In this document: in pieces, positions 7,810-18,168 of the stretch
Layout of the letters: each line of letters opens with the position of its first letter
Position numbering within the stretch: position 1 is the stretch's first letter
Assembly: GCA_964628265.1 (NCBI GenBank)
Contig: CAZVLO010000001.1
Location: 55,732 to 100,847 of the forward strand
Direction of reading: 5' to 3'
Source of the DNA: an uncultured Papillibacter sp.
GTDB taxonomy: Bacteria > Bacillota > Clostridia > Oscillospirales > Oscillospiraceae
Length of the DNA stretch: 45,116 nucleotides
Translations under genes and position numbers: made by a program
The notes under the pieces: model-generated
The model's input: only the letters and a program-made list of their open reading frames with translations
Told to the model about the DNA's origin: nothing
Database searches by the model: none

Positions 7810-8124
7810 GCTTGGACAGACCCTTCCGCGCCGTTGGTGGTACCGGAGGTGAACCCGGGCGACGTATGGAAGCAGCACGGCATCATTGCCGATCCAAATT
7901 GTAACGTGATTCCCGCAACTGTCGCCCTGAAGCCCATCCGCGACGCTTACGGTATCAAACGCATCGTTTGTTCCACATACCAAGCCGTCTCAGGTGCCGG
8001 TCTCAAGGGTCGGGAGGATCTCGAAAACGGTGTGAACCTCTGGGTCGTCGCGGACAACGTGCGCAAGGGCGCCGCCACAAACGCTGTCCAGATCGCCCGG
8101 ATGCTGCTCTGCCTGCAAAGCTGA
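7810..8124 (+). pseudogene. asd: Aspartate-semialdehyde dehydrogenase remnant (5'-truncated, internally deleted)
   Basis: AWTDPSAPLVVPEVNP...IIADPNC...STYQAVSGAG..DLENG jumps directly to the C-terminal NLWVVADNVRKGAATNAVQIA. The Rossmann N-terminus is absent and an in-frame TGA lies at 7774. Confidence 0.85.
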
Positions 8125-8159
8125 TTATCCGACGTTCCACAAAATATAAAGAGCAACAT

Positions 8160-8193
8160 AATAATCCGCAGGCCTTTTGGCTTGCGGATTATT
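8160..8193. terminator. Hairpin terminator between convergent genes
   Basis: AATAATCCGCAGGCC-TTTT-GGCTTGCGGATTATT. Confidence 0.75.
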
Positions 8194-8237
8194 TGTAACA
8201 GCAGCGGAACTCTATTGAGGCTTAGCTTTGCAGAATA

Positions 8238-10025
8238 TCACATCATCGGCTGCTTGATCTTTACAAGCACATACAGCAGCGCATTTTTATCGGTAATCCC
8301 GGGTGTTTTGGTAAAACCCGCGTTCTGGACGATGACCATGAGTGCCGCGTTCTCGTTTTCTTCAGTGAACGCTGCCTCCTCCAGTGTCAGAAATCCCTTT
8401 TCCGGCTCGTAATCAGCGTAACGCTCAAAGACTTTGCCCGTATCAAACCGGATGAGCTCCCCGCGGCTGCTGTCTCTGACGATGAGGACAGTGTCTTCGT
8501 CCGAAGCTTCGGTTATCAAAGCATATGCCATGCCGCTGATTTCAAATGGACTTTCCATAACCCCAGGCTTGTTCGAAACAGGAACCGACACCTGCATCAA
8601 AACGTCATACCCGCCGACCGGGAGCGCGCTGTTACTGTCCAAGTAGACGCTGACATATGCGCTCCCGGGCAGAGTCGCAGAATACATATAAAAACCGAAT
8701 GTCTCATAGAATTCAGCGTCGTCGTATCCGTTGAAATCCGGCGGAAGCCACGGGACAGCGCCAAGCTCCTCCGTTTCATTCAGATAACGGATTGATGTAA
8801 TAATCCTTGCTTTATCCTCATCAGGGATGCTCCCGTCCGGCGTTATGACACCGCTCTGCAGCATCCCGTTTTTTTCAAGCGTTGTTTCAAGCGCTGCGAT
8901 TTGGCTGTTCCTGCTGACCGAAAACGCGTCAACCGGGGGTATGAGAGATACGGCAGACAGGGCGACCAGCACCAATGCAATGACGCCGCTTTTGCCCGCC
9001 GGCCTCAGACTGAGCACGGCACCGGAGAAGACGGCGAAGACGCCGTAGAGTATGACAAAATAGCGCCCGTAGGTGATCCCGATGTCTTTAAGGAGCAGAA
9101 TTGAGGCAATTACCTGGAATAATGCGATTGGCATGAGGACCTTTGGGAAAATCATCCGGAACAGGACGGCGGGCTTGTTTTCAATCCGGCTTACAAGGAG
9201 CGTCACGATGATAACGGTAATTGAGTAAGCAATGAGCATGGGTTCGAGGAGATTGTCAGTCCAGAAGCTGCCGCCGATATTCAGTAAGATATAGATGAGA
9301 AGCACTAAAGTAAAGACAACTGCCAGCGGAATTATAATATACGAGAGCAGCACCTCCAGGAATTTCGGGCTGCCGGTGCGCTTTTCAATCAGCTTCGCCT
9401 GTTTGTCATCAGGGTCGCCGTTTGCCGCTCTTCCGGGGTAAACGGGGATCAGTGACAGGAGGATAAGAGGCGCTATTATTATAAAGGCAATGTTGGCCGT
9501 GTGTGCATAAGCGTCCTCGTTCACGGGCGTGATGAGCGTGTCAACAGCGGCGATGATCGCCACACATCCTAAGAACAAAATGCCTGAGAAAAATACGGCC
9601 TGAATAAGCGCTTTGAATGCCGCCATAAAGCTCTCGTCAAAGCCGTACCGGCTTTTTATGACGCCGACCCATACAAATGCGATAAAGAGCGCGAACATGG
9701 TGACCGCGGGGCGGATAATTAGCTCCGGTCTGTTTTCCGGCAATGTCCGAACAGACAGGAAAAAAAGCAGCGCGATGACAAGCCCCGCCGCAGCCATAGC
9801 GAACCGATAAAGTCTGCCGGTAAAAAAACGTTCATACAAAACCCGGGTTGCTGCACATGCCGCGGCACCGACACCGCATGTCATAATATAGCGGTTCAGC
9901 GTTTCCTGACCACTGATCGACATTGCAGTTATTACAGCCGCCGCGACCAGAAACAGAATGGTCACCGGAAATCGGAAGGCAGTCTCCGTCAGCTTGCCGA
10001 GCCGTTGTCTTATTACGTAAAGCAT
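8238..10025 (-). CDS. DUF4153-like multi-pass membrane protein
   Basis: 595 aa, many hydrophobic segments; RFPVT, YIIIPL, GITYGRY and PPVDAFSVSRNSQ motifs; AAGGAG RBS. Confidence 0.75.
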   Translation of the reverse strand: MLYVIRQRLGKLTETAFRFPVTILFLVAAAVITAMSISGQETLNRYIMTCGVGAAACAATRVLYERFFTGRLYRFAMAAAGLVIALLFFLSVRTLPENRPELIIRPAVTMFALFIAFVWVGVIKSRYGFDESFMAAFKALIQAVFFSGILFLGCVAIIAAVDTLITPVNEDAYAHTANIAFIIIAPLILLSLIPVYPGRAANGDPDDKQAKLIEKRTGSPKFLEVLLSYIIIPLAVVFTLVLLIYILLNIGGSFWTDNLLEPMLIAYSITVIIVTLLVSRIENKPAVLFRMIFPKVLMPIALFQVIASILLLKDIGITYGRYFVILYGVFAVFSGAVLSLRPAGKSGVIALVLVALSAVSLIPPVDAFSVSRNSQIAALETTLEKNGMLQSGVITPDGSIPDEDKARIITSIRYLNETEELGAVPWLPPDFNGYDDAEFYETFGFYMYSATLPGSAYVSVYLDSNSALPVGGYDVLMQVSVPVSNKPGVMESPFEISGMAYALITEASDEDTVLIVRDSSRGELIRFDTGKVFERYADYEPEKGFLTLEEAAFTEENENAALMVIVQNAGFTKTPGITDKNALLYVLVKIKQPMM

Positions 10026-10154
10026 GGTAATTACTCCTTTCGATAACCGGGTCCGAATATGAAGCCCCGCGCTCTCTTTTCATACTATAACCGCGATACC
10101 ATAAAAACAACAGCGATCATTTTGAAAATTATTTTATTTTTTTGAAAAAGCTAC

Positions 10155-10182
10155 TTGACAAACCGACGGATTAGTGTATTAT
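10155..10182 (+). promoter_or_regulatory. Sigma-A promoter of the gntR-ABC operon
   Basis: TTGACA-N16-TATTAT. Confidence 0.65.
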
Positions 10183-10210
10183 TGTATTAGGCGCTTAATA
10201 CAATAATACA
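10175..10210. promoter_or_regulatory. YtrA/GntR-family operator
   Basis: Perfect 15-bp inverted repeat TGTATTATTGTATTA-N6-TAATACAATAATACA overlapping the -10; typical of YtrA-subfamily autorepression sites. Confidence 0.85.
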
Positions 10211-10222
10211 GGCGGTGATTAA

Positions 10223-10585
10223 ATGAATTGGCATTTTGAATCTGACAGACCAATCTATGTACAGCTAAAAGAGCGGCTTTTACTGATGATTGTATCAGGG
10301 AAATACCCGGCGGGCGCAAAACTCCCCACCGTCAGGGATTTGGCGGCGGAAGCGGCAGTCAACCCGAACACGCTTCAAAAAGCACTTGCAGAGCTGGAGA
10401 AGGATGGCCTCGTCTACACCCAGAGAACAAGCGGCAGATTTGTGACGGAGGATGATAATATGATCAAACAGGCGAAAAACACACTGGCAATCGAACAAAT
10501 CGAACAGTTCCTGAAAAAAATGGCCGGGATTGGGTTTACATGGGAAGAGACGCTGACCCTCCTGGAAAAAAGGGTAAAGGAGTAA
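10223..10585 (+). CDS. GntR family (YtrA subfamily) transcriptional regulator
   Basis: PIYVQL, LPTVRDLA..AAVNPNT.QKA..ELE..GLV...RTSGRFV; short C-terminus. Confidence 0.93.
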   Translation: MNWHFESDRPIYVQLKERLLLMIVSGKYPAGAKLPTVRDLAAEAAVNPNTLQKALAELEKDGLVYTQRTSGRFVTEDDNMIKQAKNTLAIEQIEQFLKKMAGIGFTWEETLTLLEKRVKE

Positions 10586-10591
10586 CGGGTA

Positions 10592-11287
10592 ATGGCTATA
10601 CTTGAATGTCACGGCTTAACTAAGCATTACGGCCCGCTCAGAGCACTGTACAACGTCAGCATGAAACTGGAAAAGGGGCGCATCGTCGGTCTTCTGGGGC
10701 CTAATGGCAGCGGTAAAAGCACGTTCATTAAGCTCTGCAACAATCTGATTACGCCCACAAGCGGCTCTCTTCAAATCAGCGGCATGACACCCGGTATCGG
10801 CACTAAGGCCGTCGTCAGCTACCTGCCGGAGCACACATACCTCAATGACTGGATGCGCGTCACGGATATCATCAGCTTCTTTAGGGATTTTTATAAGGAT
10901 TTTGATCCCAATAAGGCCTACGATATGCTCAGCAACCTCAAAATAGACGGAAAAGCCAGGCTCAAGACACTGTCAAAAGGGACAAAGGAAAAGGTTCAGC
11001 TCGTCCTCGTCATGGCGCGTAATGCCCAGCTGTATCTGCTCGACGAGCCCATCGGCGGCGTCGACCCGGCAGCCCGCGACTATATTCTCAATACGATTAT
11101 AAAAAACTATAACACGGAGGCCACTGTCGTCATCTCGACACACCTGATCTACGATATCGAGCCTATTCTGGACGACGTTATTTTTCTCAAGGACGGCGAG
11201 ATTGTTTTGACCTCGACTGTAGACGACATACGCGAAGAAAAGGGTGTCTCTGTGGACGCGCTATTCAGGGAGGTGTTCAGATGTTAG
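10592..11287 (+). CDS. ABC transporter ATP-binding protein
   Basis: GPNGSGKST, LSKG signature, LLDEP and STH motifs. Confidence 0.93.
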   Translation: MAILECHGLTKHYGPLRALYNVSMKLEKGRIVGLLGPNGSGKSTFIKLCNNLITPTSGSLQISGMTPGIGTKAVVSYLPEHTYLNDWMRVTDIISFFRDFYKDFDPNKAYDMLSNLKIDGKARLKTLSKGTKEKVQLVLVMARNAQLYLLDEPIGGVDPAARDYILNTIIKNYNTEATVVISTHLIYDIEPILDDVIFLKDGEIVLTSTVDDIREEKGVSVDALFREVFRC

Positions 11288-12063
11288 GTAAACTTATTAG
11301 GTACGAATTCCGGGCGACCGGAAGAATATGCCTGCCGCTCTTCGGCGCACTGATCCTTGCAGCATGCATCAGCCGGCTGTTCAGCAGCCTGAGATTTGAA
11401 ACGCCGATGGCAATCGGCATCATCGTTTCCGTTATCCTGATCATCGCCATATTTGTCATCGTGCTGCTGCTGACACTAATTCGTTTTTACAGAAACCTCC
11501 TGACACACGAAGGCTATCTCATGTTTACACTCCCGGTGACCACCGACAGCCTCATCTGGAGTAAGTTAATCGTCGCCTTCATCTGGAATATCCTCAGCCT
11601 TGTGGTTGTTTTCGCCTCTATCGTAATCATGTCAATCACAGACTTAGATTTAGCGGATATTCCCGCAGCTATTACGGCCGGCTTGAACATGCTCGGCATC
11701 ACGCAGGTTCAATTTAATTGGTTTATTGTGGAAATCATTGCTCTCTTCATCATCTCGCTGATATCCGGCATTATCGTCCTGTACGCCTGTATGTCGTCAA
11801 GCCTGCTTGTGAACAAGCATAGAGTCCTTTTCTCCTTCGGTGCTTTCATCGTCTTGTCCATTATCGGCCAGATCGTGAGCTCCATCGCCATGTTCATCCT
11901 GCTGCCGAAGCACATGTCCTTTTACTCAGGTTCCAGCATGACAGAGGTTGCAGGTGTTGTAAACACCAGTATGATCTTCAGCATCGTCAGCAGTGTGGTT
12001 ACCGGCATCGTTTTGTACATCTTTACGCGGTACATGCTCCGGCGCAGACTCAATCTGGAATAG
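11281..12063 (+). CDS. ABC-2 type transporter permease
   Basis: MLGKLIRYEF start, about 6 TM helices, EGYLMFTLPV motif; overlaps the ATPase stop. Confidence 0.85.
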   Translation: MLGKLIRYEFRATGRICLPLFGALILAACISRLFSSLRFETPMAIGIIVSVILIIAIFVIVLLLTLIRFYRNLLTHEGYLMFTLPVTTDSLIWSKLIVAFIWNILSLVVVFASIVIMSITDLDLADIPAAITAGLNMLGITQVQFNWFIVEIIALFIISLISGIIVLYACMSSSLLVNKHRVLFSFGAFIVLSIIGQIVSSIAMFILLPKHMSFYSGSSMTEVAGVVNTSMIFSIVSSVVTGIVLYIFTRYMLRRRLNLE

Positions 12064-12093
12064 CAAAGTGTTTCACCATCATAATATTATTAG

Positions 12094-12119
12094 AAAAGAC
12101 CGGCACGTCCGGTCTTTTT
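12094..12119. terminator. Intrinsic terminator of the ABC operon
   Basis: AAAAGACCGG-CACGT-CCGGTCTTTTT. Confidence 0.85.
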
Positions 12120-12180
12120 GCTTTTCATGCGTCTTGATTTTCCAACAGAAAAAAAGAGCAAGGCAGATCACAATTATTTG

Positions 12181-12208
12181 GGAACTATTTCCAATCCTTG
12201 CCGTCTTA
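12181..12208 (+). promoter_or_regulatory. ECF-sigma-type promoter of SLH gene 1
   Basis: GGAAC-N16-CGTCTTA; the same motif occurs upstream of the second SLH gene. Confidence 0.6.
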
Positions 12209-12239
12209 TCGAGTTGTAATCTATATTGGAGGTCATAAT

Positions 12240-14588
12240 GTGAAAAGATTTTTGCTTCGATGTTTTACCGTTCTTTTGGGGATTACCCTGCTGACGGGTC
12301 TGCTGCCGACCCTTGGGTTTGCTGCCGATGATGAGCTTGTATTGACTAAAATCGGTCATTCTTCAAGCGATACCGTTAGTATTACGAAAGCTGACGCCAG
12401 GGCGGTGACGCTGACGGTGCCCTTTTCCTACGCGGGAAATACGCTGGATTTATCATCCGGTCTGATAATCGAAAAGGCTTCTTCCATCGATTCCGTTATC
12501 ACCGGTTTCCATTCCGGCGCAATGGCATCGGTGGGTGACGCCGGCAGAGCCAGGCCGCCGGTGGTCATGTCCGTCACGTATTATAAGGGCGGGAACACGT
12601 CTGTACAGCATTCAACCTCCTACAGCATTACCGTAGCCCGGGCATCAAGACAGGAACCGATTTTTACCGGGACAATCGCAAAGACCGTTGCAGGGGCGAT
12701 GCCGAATACAAAAATCAACGACATCACGTTTTCATCAGCCGATTTTACGAAACTGTACAAGGCAAACGACGGAACGCCCTTAACGAGTGTGTCCGTCACC
12801 GGGAGTAGCTTAGCCTGCGGGACACTGAAAATCACCAGCGGCAAAGCTTACGCCAATTATACATCGGGAACGCCCATTCCCATAGAGGACATCGGCTCCC
12901 TTGTTTTTGACGCCACAGCCGGCGGGACGGTCTCCTATATCGTCAGCGCTTATGCCGGAGGTGATACATCAAAAGCCGTTGGTACCGCCGTGCTGACAAT
13001 CACCGTCAAGGGTGTGACCGCGCCGGTAATCAGCGCACCGCTCTCCAAAACGATCAACGTTGGGACGACACATACTTTCGCCCTCAGCGATTTCAGCAGC
13101 TGCTGGAATCTCAATAATGGCACCCTGACAAATATCGTCATCACGCCCTCCAAAACCGATTGCGGCACCTGGTATAAGGGCTCCGGGGCTTTTACAGGCT
13201 CCAAGACATTTAGCCGGGAAGATATCGGCACTTTGAAATTCAGGGCCACGCAGAGCGGCCAAGCGGCCTTTACGTGGACAGTGTCTACCGAATACGGCAC
13301 ATCCGCCGCAGGCAGCGGCCTTGTAACAATTAACGCTGCCGCAACGACAATCAGTTTATCCACAGAGCAAAACACGGCAAAGATATTTTCCGCTTCTGAT
13401 TTCAGCACCGCCTGTAAAGATTCCACGGGAGCAAATCTGAACTATGTGTACTTCACCCTGCCGTCCCCTTCCAGCGGTACGCTTTATTACGGTTATTCTT
13501 CCCCCTTAAGTCCCGGAACGGCGATCACTTCAAGTTCGGTTTTGTATTATAACAAATCGCCCAGAATTTCCGATGTGACGTTTGTCCCCGCCGCGAGCTT
13601 TATCGGCACGCTGACGATTTCATACACAGGGGTTGCCACAAACAACGCCTCTTACACGGGTTATATCAATATCACAGTCAGCGGCTCCGGCAGGGTGTCG
13701 TATAAGACCGGAGAAAACAGAGCCGTCTGGTTTTCGGCCGCAGATTTTAATACGGCCTGTATAAATATGACGGGGGCAAACCTTCGCTCCATGCGTTTTA
13801 TAACCCCCGCGGTTGCGGAGGGACGGCTATATTATGATTATTCGTCAATGAGCAGCCGCGGCTCCGCCGTATCGCCGGACACGACATATTATATGGACTA
13901 CACGCCGTATATCGGATATGTCGCCTTTGTACCAAGTGCAGACTTCAGCGGAACGGTAAACATACCATATGTCGCTCACAGCGTCGGAGGGACGCAGTTT
14001 ACAGGCTATATCGCCATACAGGTCAGCGGCAGGACCGGTTCCGCGTACTTCGCGGATGTTGGCCCGTCCCATGAATGGGCGGCAGGAGCAATCGATTACC
14101 TGTATGACGCTGGAATTGTCATGGGAACAGGCGGCAATCTGTACAGCCCCGTCAACAAAATGACAAGGGGCGACTTTTTGCTGATGCTCCAGAGGGCGAT
14201 GGGCTATACAGGCAGCACAAAAAGTAATTTCTCGGATGTCCCGAAGGGAAGCTATTATTATGACGCCATCGCCATTGCCAAAGCCTTAGACATTGCCAGA
14301 GGCACCGACAATAGAATCGGACCCGATTCACCGCTGACGAGGCAGGACGCAATGGTGTACATTTACAGGGCGCTCCTCGTCACCAACGTTAAGCTAATAC
14401 CCGGATCGAATGCCGATATAGCGCCCTATACCGATAGAGGGAAGATTTCAGAATACGCATTGGAAGCCGTTCGAGCACTCGTCAAAGCCGGAATGATCCA
14501 GGGGAGCTACGACAAGCTCAATCCAACGTCTATATTAAGCCGGGCAGAGATGGCGGTAGTTTTGTATCGGGTAAAAATCAGTTACTAA
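12240..14588 (+). CDS. Secreted S-layer homology (SLH) protein with about 4 cadherin/Ig-like repeats
   Basis: GTG start after GGAGG, signal peptide ending GFA-ADD, repeated F..SDF...GTL...F.P...F.GT units, and three C-terminal SLH repeats (FADV..WA, FSDV..YY, TRQD, SRAEMA). Confidence 0.85.
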   Translation: MKRFLLRCFTVLLGITLLTGLLPTLGFAADDELVLTKIGHSSSDTVSITKADARAVTLTVPFSYAGNTLDLSSGLIIEKASSIDSVITGFHSGAMASVGDAGRARPPVVMSVTYYKGGNTSVQHSTSYSITVARASRQEPIFTGTIAKTVAGAMPNTKINDITFSSADFTKLYKANDGTPLTSVSVTGSSLACGTLKITSGKAYANYTSGTPIPIEDIGSLVFDATAGGTVSYIVSAYAGGDTSKAVGTAVLTITVKGVTAPVISAPLSKTINVGTTHTFALSDFSSCWNLNNGTLTNIVITPSKTDCGTWYKGSGAFTGSKTFSREDIGTLKFRATQSGQAAFTWTVSTEYGTSAAGSGLVTINAAATTISLSTEQNTAKIFSASDFSTACKDSTGANLNYVYFTLPSPSSGTLYYGYSSPLSPGTAITSSSVLYYNKSPRISDVTFVPAASFIGTLTISYTGVATNNASYTGYINITVSGSGRVSYKTGENRAVWFSAADFNTACINMTGANLRSMRFITPAVAEGRLYYDYSSMSSRGSAVSPDTTYYMDYTPYIGYVAFVPSADFSGTVNIPYVAHSVGGTQFTGYIAIQVSGRTGSAYFADVGPSHEWAAGAIDYLYDAGIVMGTGGNLYSPVNKMTRGDFLLMLQRAMGYTGSTKSNFSDVPKGSYYYDAIAIAKALDIARGTDNRIGPDSPLTRQDAMVYIYRALLVTNVKLIPGSNADIAPYTDRGKISEYALEAVRALVKAGMIQGSYDKLNPTSILSRAEMAVVLYRVKISY

Positions 14589-14602
14589 ATCGTTTCAACA
14601 TA

Positions 14603-14642
14603 AAGACACAGACGGATACAATTCCGCCTGTGTCTTATTTTG
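14603..14642. terminator. Terminator between convergent genes
   Basis: AAGACACAGACGGA...TCCGCCTGTGTCTT + ATTTTG. Confidence 0.7.
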
Positions 14643-14655
14643 GTTCATATTGCGA

Positions 14656-16710
14656 TTATGTGACCGCTTGCTGGCGGTGCTCCAGCTTGTTTATCAGGTC
14701 ATCAATATCTGTGATCGGCAGCGCGCAGGCCTTGTTTTCACAAATATAGAAATTTGTTTTGTTTTCCATAACGAGATACGCTTTGGCAAAGGGCGCTATC
14801 TTATTGATGCATTCCTCACTGTCTTTCGTTTTGACCAGCAGAACCGTATTGGGCAAAAAGATCGGGGACAGCGCTTTTCTGACGGCGTCGACGTCCTTAA
14901 CGGACGGCACGGCGCAAATCACTTCTTTCGACGGATAGAGCTCCAACTGCGCCGCCATCAGTCCGAAGCAATGGGCTGCGGGGTAATCCTTTACTGATGC
15001 TGCTAAAAACGCCAGCTGACGCCGCGCGCGCTCTTCCCATTTTTGTTCCGCTGTCAGTCTTGCGATCTTATATAGTGAATACGCTGCAACTGCATTGCCG
15101 GACGGCATTGCCCCATCGTAAGTCTCTTTCGGGCGCAGAGGCAGCGTTTCGGTGTCCCCGGCATAGAGAAATAGTCCGCCGTCTCCCCTGTCCTCAAATA
15201 ACCGGTACATCGTATCCGCATAATTAACCGCCGTTTCCAGATACACGGCGTCATACGCTGCTTCATAAAGAGACAGCATCGCCCACACCGTATAAGCGTA
15301 ATCCTCCAGATATCCCGTACCGGTAGCCTCGCCGTCGCGGTAGCGGACATACAGCCGTCCGTCCCGGGAAGTCAGCTTCTCTTTGACAAACGACGCTGCC
15401 TTCTCCGCCGTTTTCAAATACTCCCCTTTTCCCAGCACCTGATACGCTTTCGCGTAGGCCGCAATCATCAGCGCGTTCCATGACGTGAGTATCTTATCAT
15501 CCTTAAAAAGATGCGTTCTCTCTCGCCTGAATTCATAAATTTTCGGAATAAGGGCTTCTATCCGGTCATCATGCCGGTCATATTCATCATTATCCAGCAG
15601 ATTCGGGATGCTGGCGCCCTCAAAATTACCCGCCTCGGTGATTCCGAAGTATTCGCAGAAATATTCACCGTCTTCCTCTCCGAGTACGGCGCTGATGGTA
15701 TCGGGCTTGAATACATAATACTTGCCCTCCTCGCCCTCGCTGTCGGCGTCCTGGGCGCTGTAAAAGGCGCCTTCTGCGTCTGTCATCTCCCGCCGGATAT
15801 ATTGGAGGGTTTTCTCCGCGGTTTGTTTTAACAGCTCCTCGCCGGTAATCTGATAGGTCTCCAGATAAACCAGTGTCAGCAGCGCGTTGTCGTAAAGCAT
15901 TTTTTCAAAGTGCGGGACAAGCCATTTGTCATCTGTGGAATACCTTGAAAATCCGCCGCCGACATGGTCAAATACACCGCCCCGGTACATCTGGCGGAGC
16001 GTTTTTGTTGTCATCTCCAACGCCTCAGGTTCCCTCTCGAAAAAATAATATCTCAGCAGGAACATGAGATTGTGCGGCGTCGGGAATTTCGGCGCTCGCC
16101 CGAATCCTCCGTTCTTTTCATCAAACGTTCGCCGGAAGATTTCAAAGGCCGTATGAAAATCACTTTTTTTGATCATCTCATCCTGCCTGCCGTTATCTTC
16201 GCCAATCCTCTTCAAAATCTGGTCACCCTGGCGCAATAGCTTTCCCCTACTGCTTTTCCACAGCTTTACGACGGAGGCCAGTACCTCCATCAACCCGTTC
16301 ATGCCGTACCGGGACGTCTTGGGAAAATACGTTCCTGCAAAAAACGCCTTTTTGTCCGGTGCCAGAAACACCGTCAGCGGCCATCCTCCCGACCCCGTCA
16401 GCGCTTGGCAGACCTGCATATACACCGCGTCGACGTCAGGCCGCTCCTCCCTGTCGACTTTGATGGAAACAAAGTGGGTATTTAGATATTCCGCGACCTC
16501 TTTATCCTCAAACGATTCCCGCTCCATAACATGGCACCAGTGACAGGTGGAATAGCCAATAGATAAAAAGACAGGCTTGTCCTCCTGTCCTGCTTTATCA
16601 AACGCCTCATCCCCCCATGGATACCAATCAACCGGATTATGGGCATGCTGTAGGAGATATGGCGATTTTTCTTGGACTAATCTATTGGGTACTCTGTTTG
16701 TCATGGGCAT
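14656..16710 (-). CDS. yyaL: YyaL-like thioredoxin-domain protein (DUF255/SSP411 family)
   Basis: [57 protein letters not shown] and DDKILTSWN motifs. Confidence 0.9.
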   Translation of the reverse strand: MPMTNRVPNRLVQEKSPYLLQHAHNPVDWYPWGDEAFDKAGQEDKPVFLSIGYSTCHWCHVMERESFEDKEVAEYLNTHFVSIKVDREERPDVDAVYMQVCQALTGSGGWPLTVFLAPDKKAFFAGTYFPKTSRYGMNGLMEVLASVVKLWKSSRGKLLRQGDQILKRIGEDNGRQDEMIKKSDFHTAFEIFRRTFDEKNGGFGRAPKFPTPHNLMFLLRYYFFEREPEALEMTTKTLRQMYRGGVFDHVGGGFSRYSTDDKWLVPHFEKMLYDNALLTLVYLETYQITGEELLKQTAEKTLQYIRREMTDAEGAFYSAQDADSEGEEGKYYVFKPDTISAVLGEEDGEYFCEYFGITEAGNFEGASIPNLLDNDEYDRHDDRIEALIPKIYEFRRERTHLFKDDKILTSWNALMIAAYAKAYQVLGKGEYLKTAEKAASFVKEKLTSRDGRLYVRYRDGEATGTGYLEDYAYTVWAMLSLYEAAYDAVYLETAVNYADTMYRLFEDRGDGGLFLYAGDTETLPLRPKETYDGAMPSGNAVAAYSLYKIARLTAEQKWEERARRQLAFLAASVKDYPAAHCFGLMAAQLELYPSKEVICAVPSVKDVDAVRKALSPIFLPNTVLLVKTKDSEECINKIAPFAKAYLVMENKTNFYICENKACALPITDIDDLINKLEHRQQAVT

Positions 16711-16818
16711 CAATCTCCCTTTATACCAAATACAGTTCTATTGTTGTGTTTATTGTCCGAAATATTCTATTTAAGCTGTTGCTGTGTAATTATATATGTA
16801 ATTCTCAGGGGCTGCAGC

Positions 16819-17925
16819 TTATATCCTGTGCTTTTCTTTCTTGCGCTGGTACATTCTCAGATCGGCCAGATACAAGAGCTTGCTGAGATTGTCACTGTCG
16901 GCGGGAAATGAGGAGTAACCTAGGCTCAACCCTTTAAATACTAAGCCATGGGGGTTGTCTGAGAATCTCAGCTTCTCCAACTCCCTGCAAAAAGCTTCAA
17001 CATCCCGGGTGTCTGCCAGGCAGATGAATTCGTCGCCGTGAAGCCTGTAAAAACCGTAATCATCCCCGAGCCTCTCCTTTACGGCTTTGACAAACTCCAG
17101 CAGATAACGGTCTCCTGCGTCATGACCCCGCTTGTCGTTAACGGCCTTGAAATTATCCAGATCAATAAACACAATCGCAAAATCCTGATTGCTGTTCATT
17201 TTTTTATGGACATCCTCATAGAAACCCTGGCGGTTTTTTAATTGGGTAAGGACATCAATTTTTGTGATCTGGCTGAGTTCCTTCGCCCTGATATTCACTG
17301 ATACGAGCTTGTAACACAGTTTATAGGTCAGGATCGAATTGATGATTATTACAAAGAGTATAATAATCTCCAATGCCCGGGAATTGATACCTGAAAAAAT
17401 CAGGTTCGCCAGAAAAATAATAATAAACCAGGATAAGCTGATTGCCAAAAGGGAATCAAGCGTTTTTGCGTTTATATTCTTAAGTATATTAACAAAAATA
17501 TTATTCACCAGTTTATTATAATAAGGAATCGTCAGAATAAAAAGTATTGTCTGAATGATTAAAACTGCGAGCTCCGGATTTTCCGTAGGGTACAGCGACG
17601 CCGCGCGAAATGAAAATGAATAAGCGAATATGGTGTATATCCACGACGAGGACATAACGAACATCAGGTGCTTGAGCGGCTGAACAAAAAGAAAATGCAG
17701 CGGTATGATATATAAAAATCCAAAAAGCATGAAAAGGCCATTACCTTTATCAATGCCCGGCAATAACAAAATGACCGGATATAACACAGCCGAGACCGCA
17801 GCTGTCACAACACACAGGATCAGGAAAGTAAAGAGCTTCGACCTCCGCCTCTTTAAACACTTGTATGTCGTATACATATTGATGCACAGGATTTCAATGA
17901 TGGTTATCAAAGTATAACAGTTCAT
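16819..17925 (-). CDS. Membrane-anchored GGDEF-domain protein (HGDEF variant)
   Basis: About 7 N-terminal TM segments, then D.LTQL.NR, FIDLDNFKAVND..GH.AGD, RLHGDEF and AD.RMY. Start placed at ATG 17925 after GGGGGTG. Confidence 0.88.
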   Translation of the reverse strand: MNCYTLITIIEILCINMYTTYKCLKRRRSKLFTFLILCVVTAAVSAVLYPVILLLPGIDKGNGLFMLFGFLYIIPLHFLFVQPLKHLMFVMSSSWIYTIFAYSFSFRAASLYPTENPELAVLIIQTILFILTIPYYNKLVNNIFVNILKNINAKTLDSLLAISLSWFIIIFLANLIFSGINSRALEIIILFVIIINSILTYKLCYKLVSVNIRAKELSQITKIDVLTQLKNRQGFYEDVHKKMNSNQDFAIVFIDLDNFKAVNDKRGHDAGDRYLLEFVKAVKERLGDDYGFYRLHGDEFICLADTRDVEAFCRELEKLRFSDNPHGLVFKGLSLGYSSFPADSDNLSKLLYLADLRMYQRKKEKHRI

Positions 17926-18168
17926 CTCGTCACCCCCCGTCATTGCGTCACGTCGGTGGTAAATACTGTATACAGTATTTATCGGCATATTTATAAGGTT
18001 GTGGAGAGCATGAATAAATGCCAACGAAGGCCTCTAACATATTAAGTAAACATATAGAATAAATTTCAAAGTCATACCTCAAAATACTTGTATATATTTA
18101 TATGTTTTTTCTGTTGATTTTAGATATGCAAGAGAGTAGAGTAGCGCTCATGGAAAGGGAGTGACGGG

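Noticed and set aside
18071-18098. Sigma-E-like promoter before the atp operon
   Set aside because: The spacing is short and the -10 lacks the CATA; the AT-rich background makes a chance match likely.
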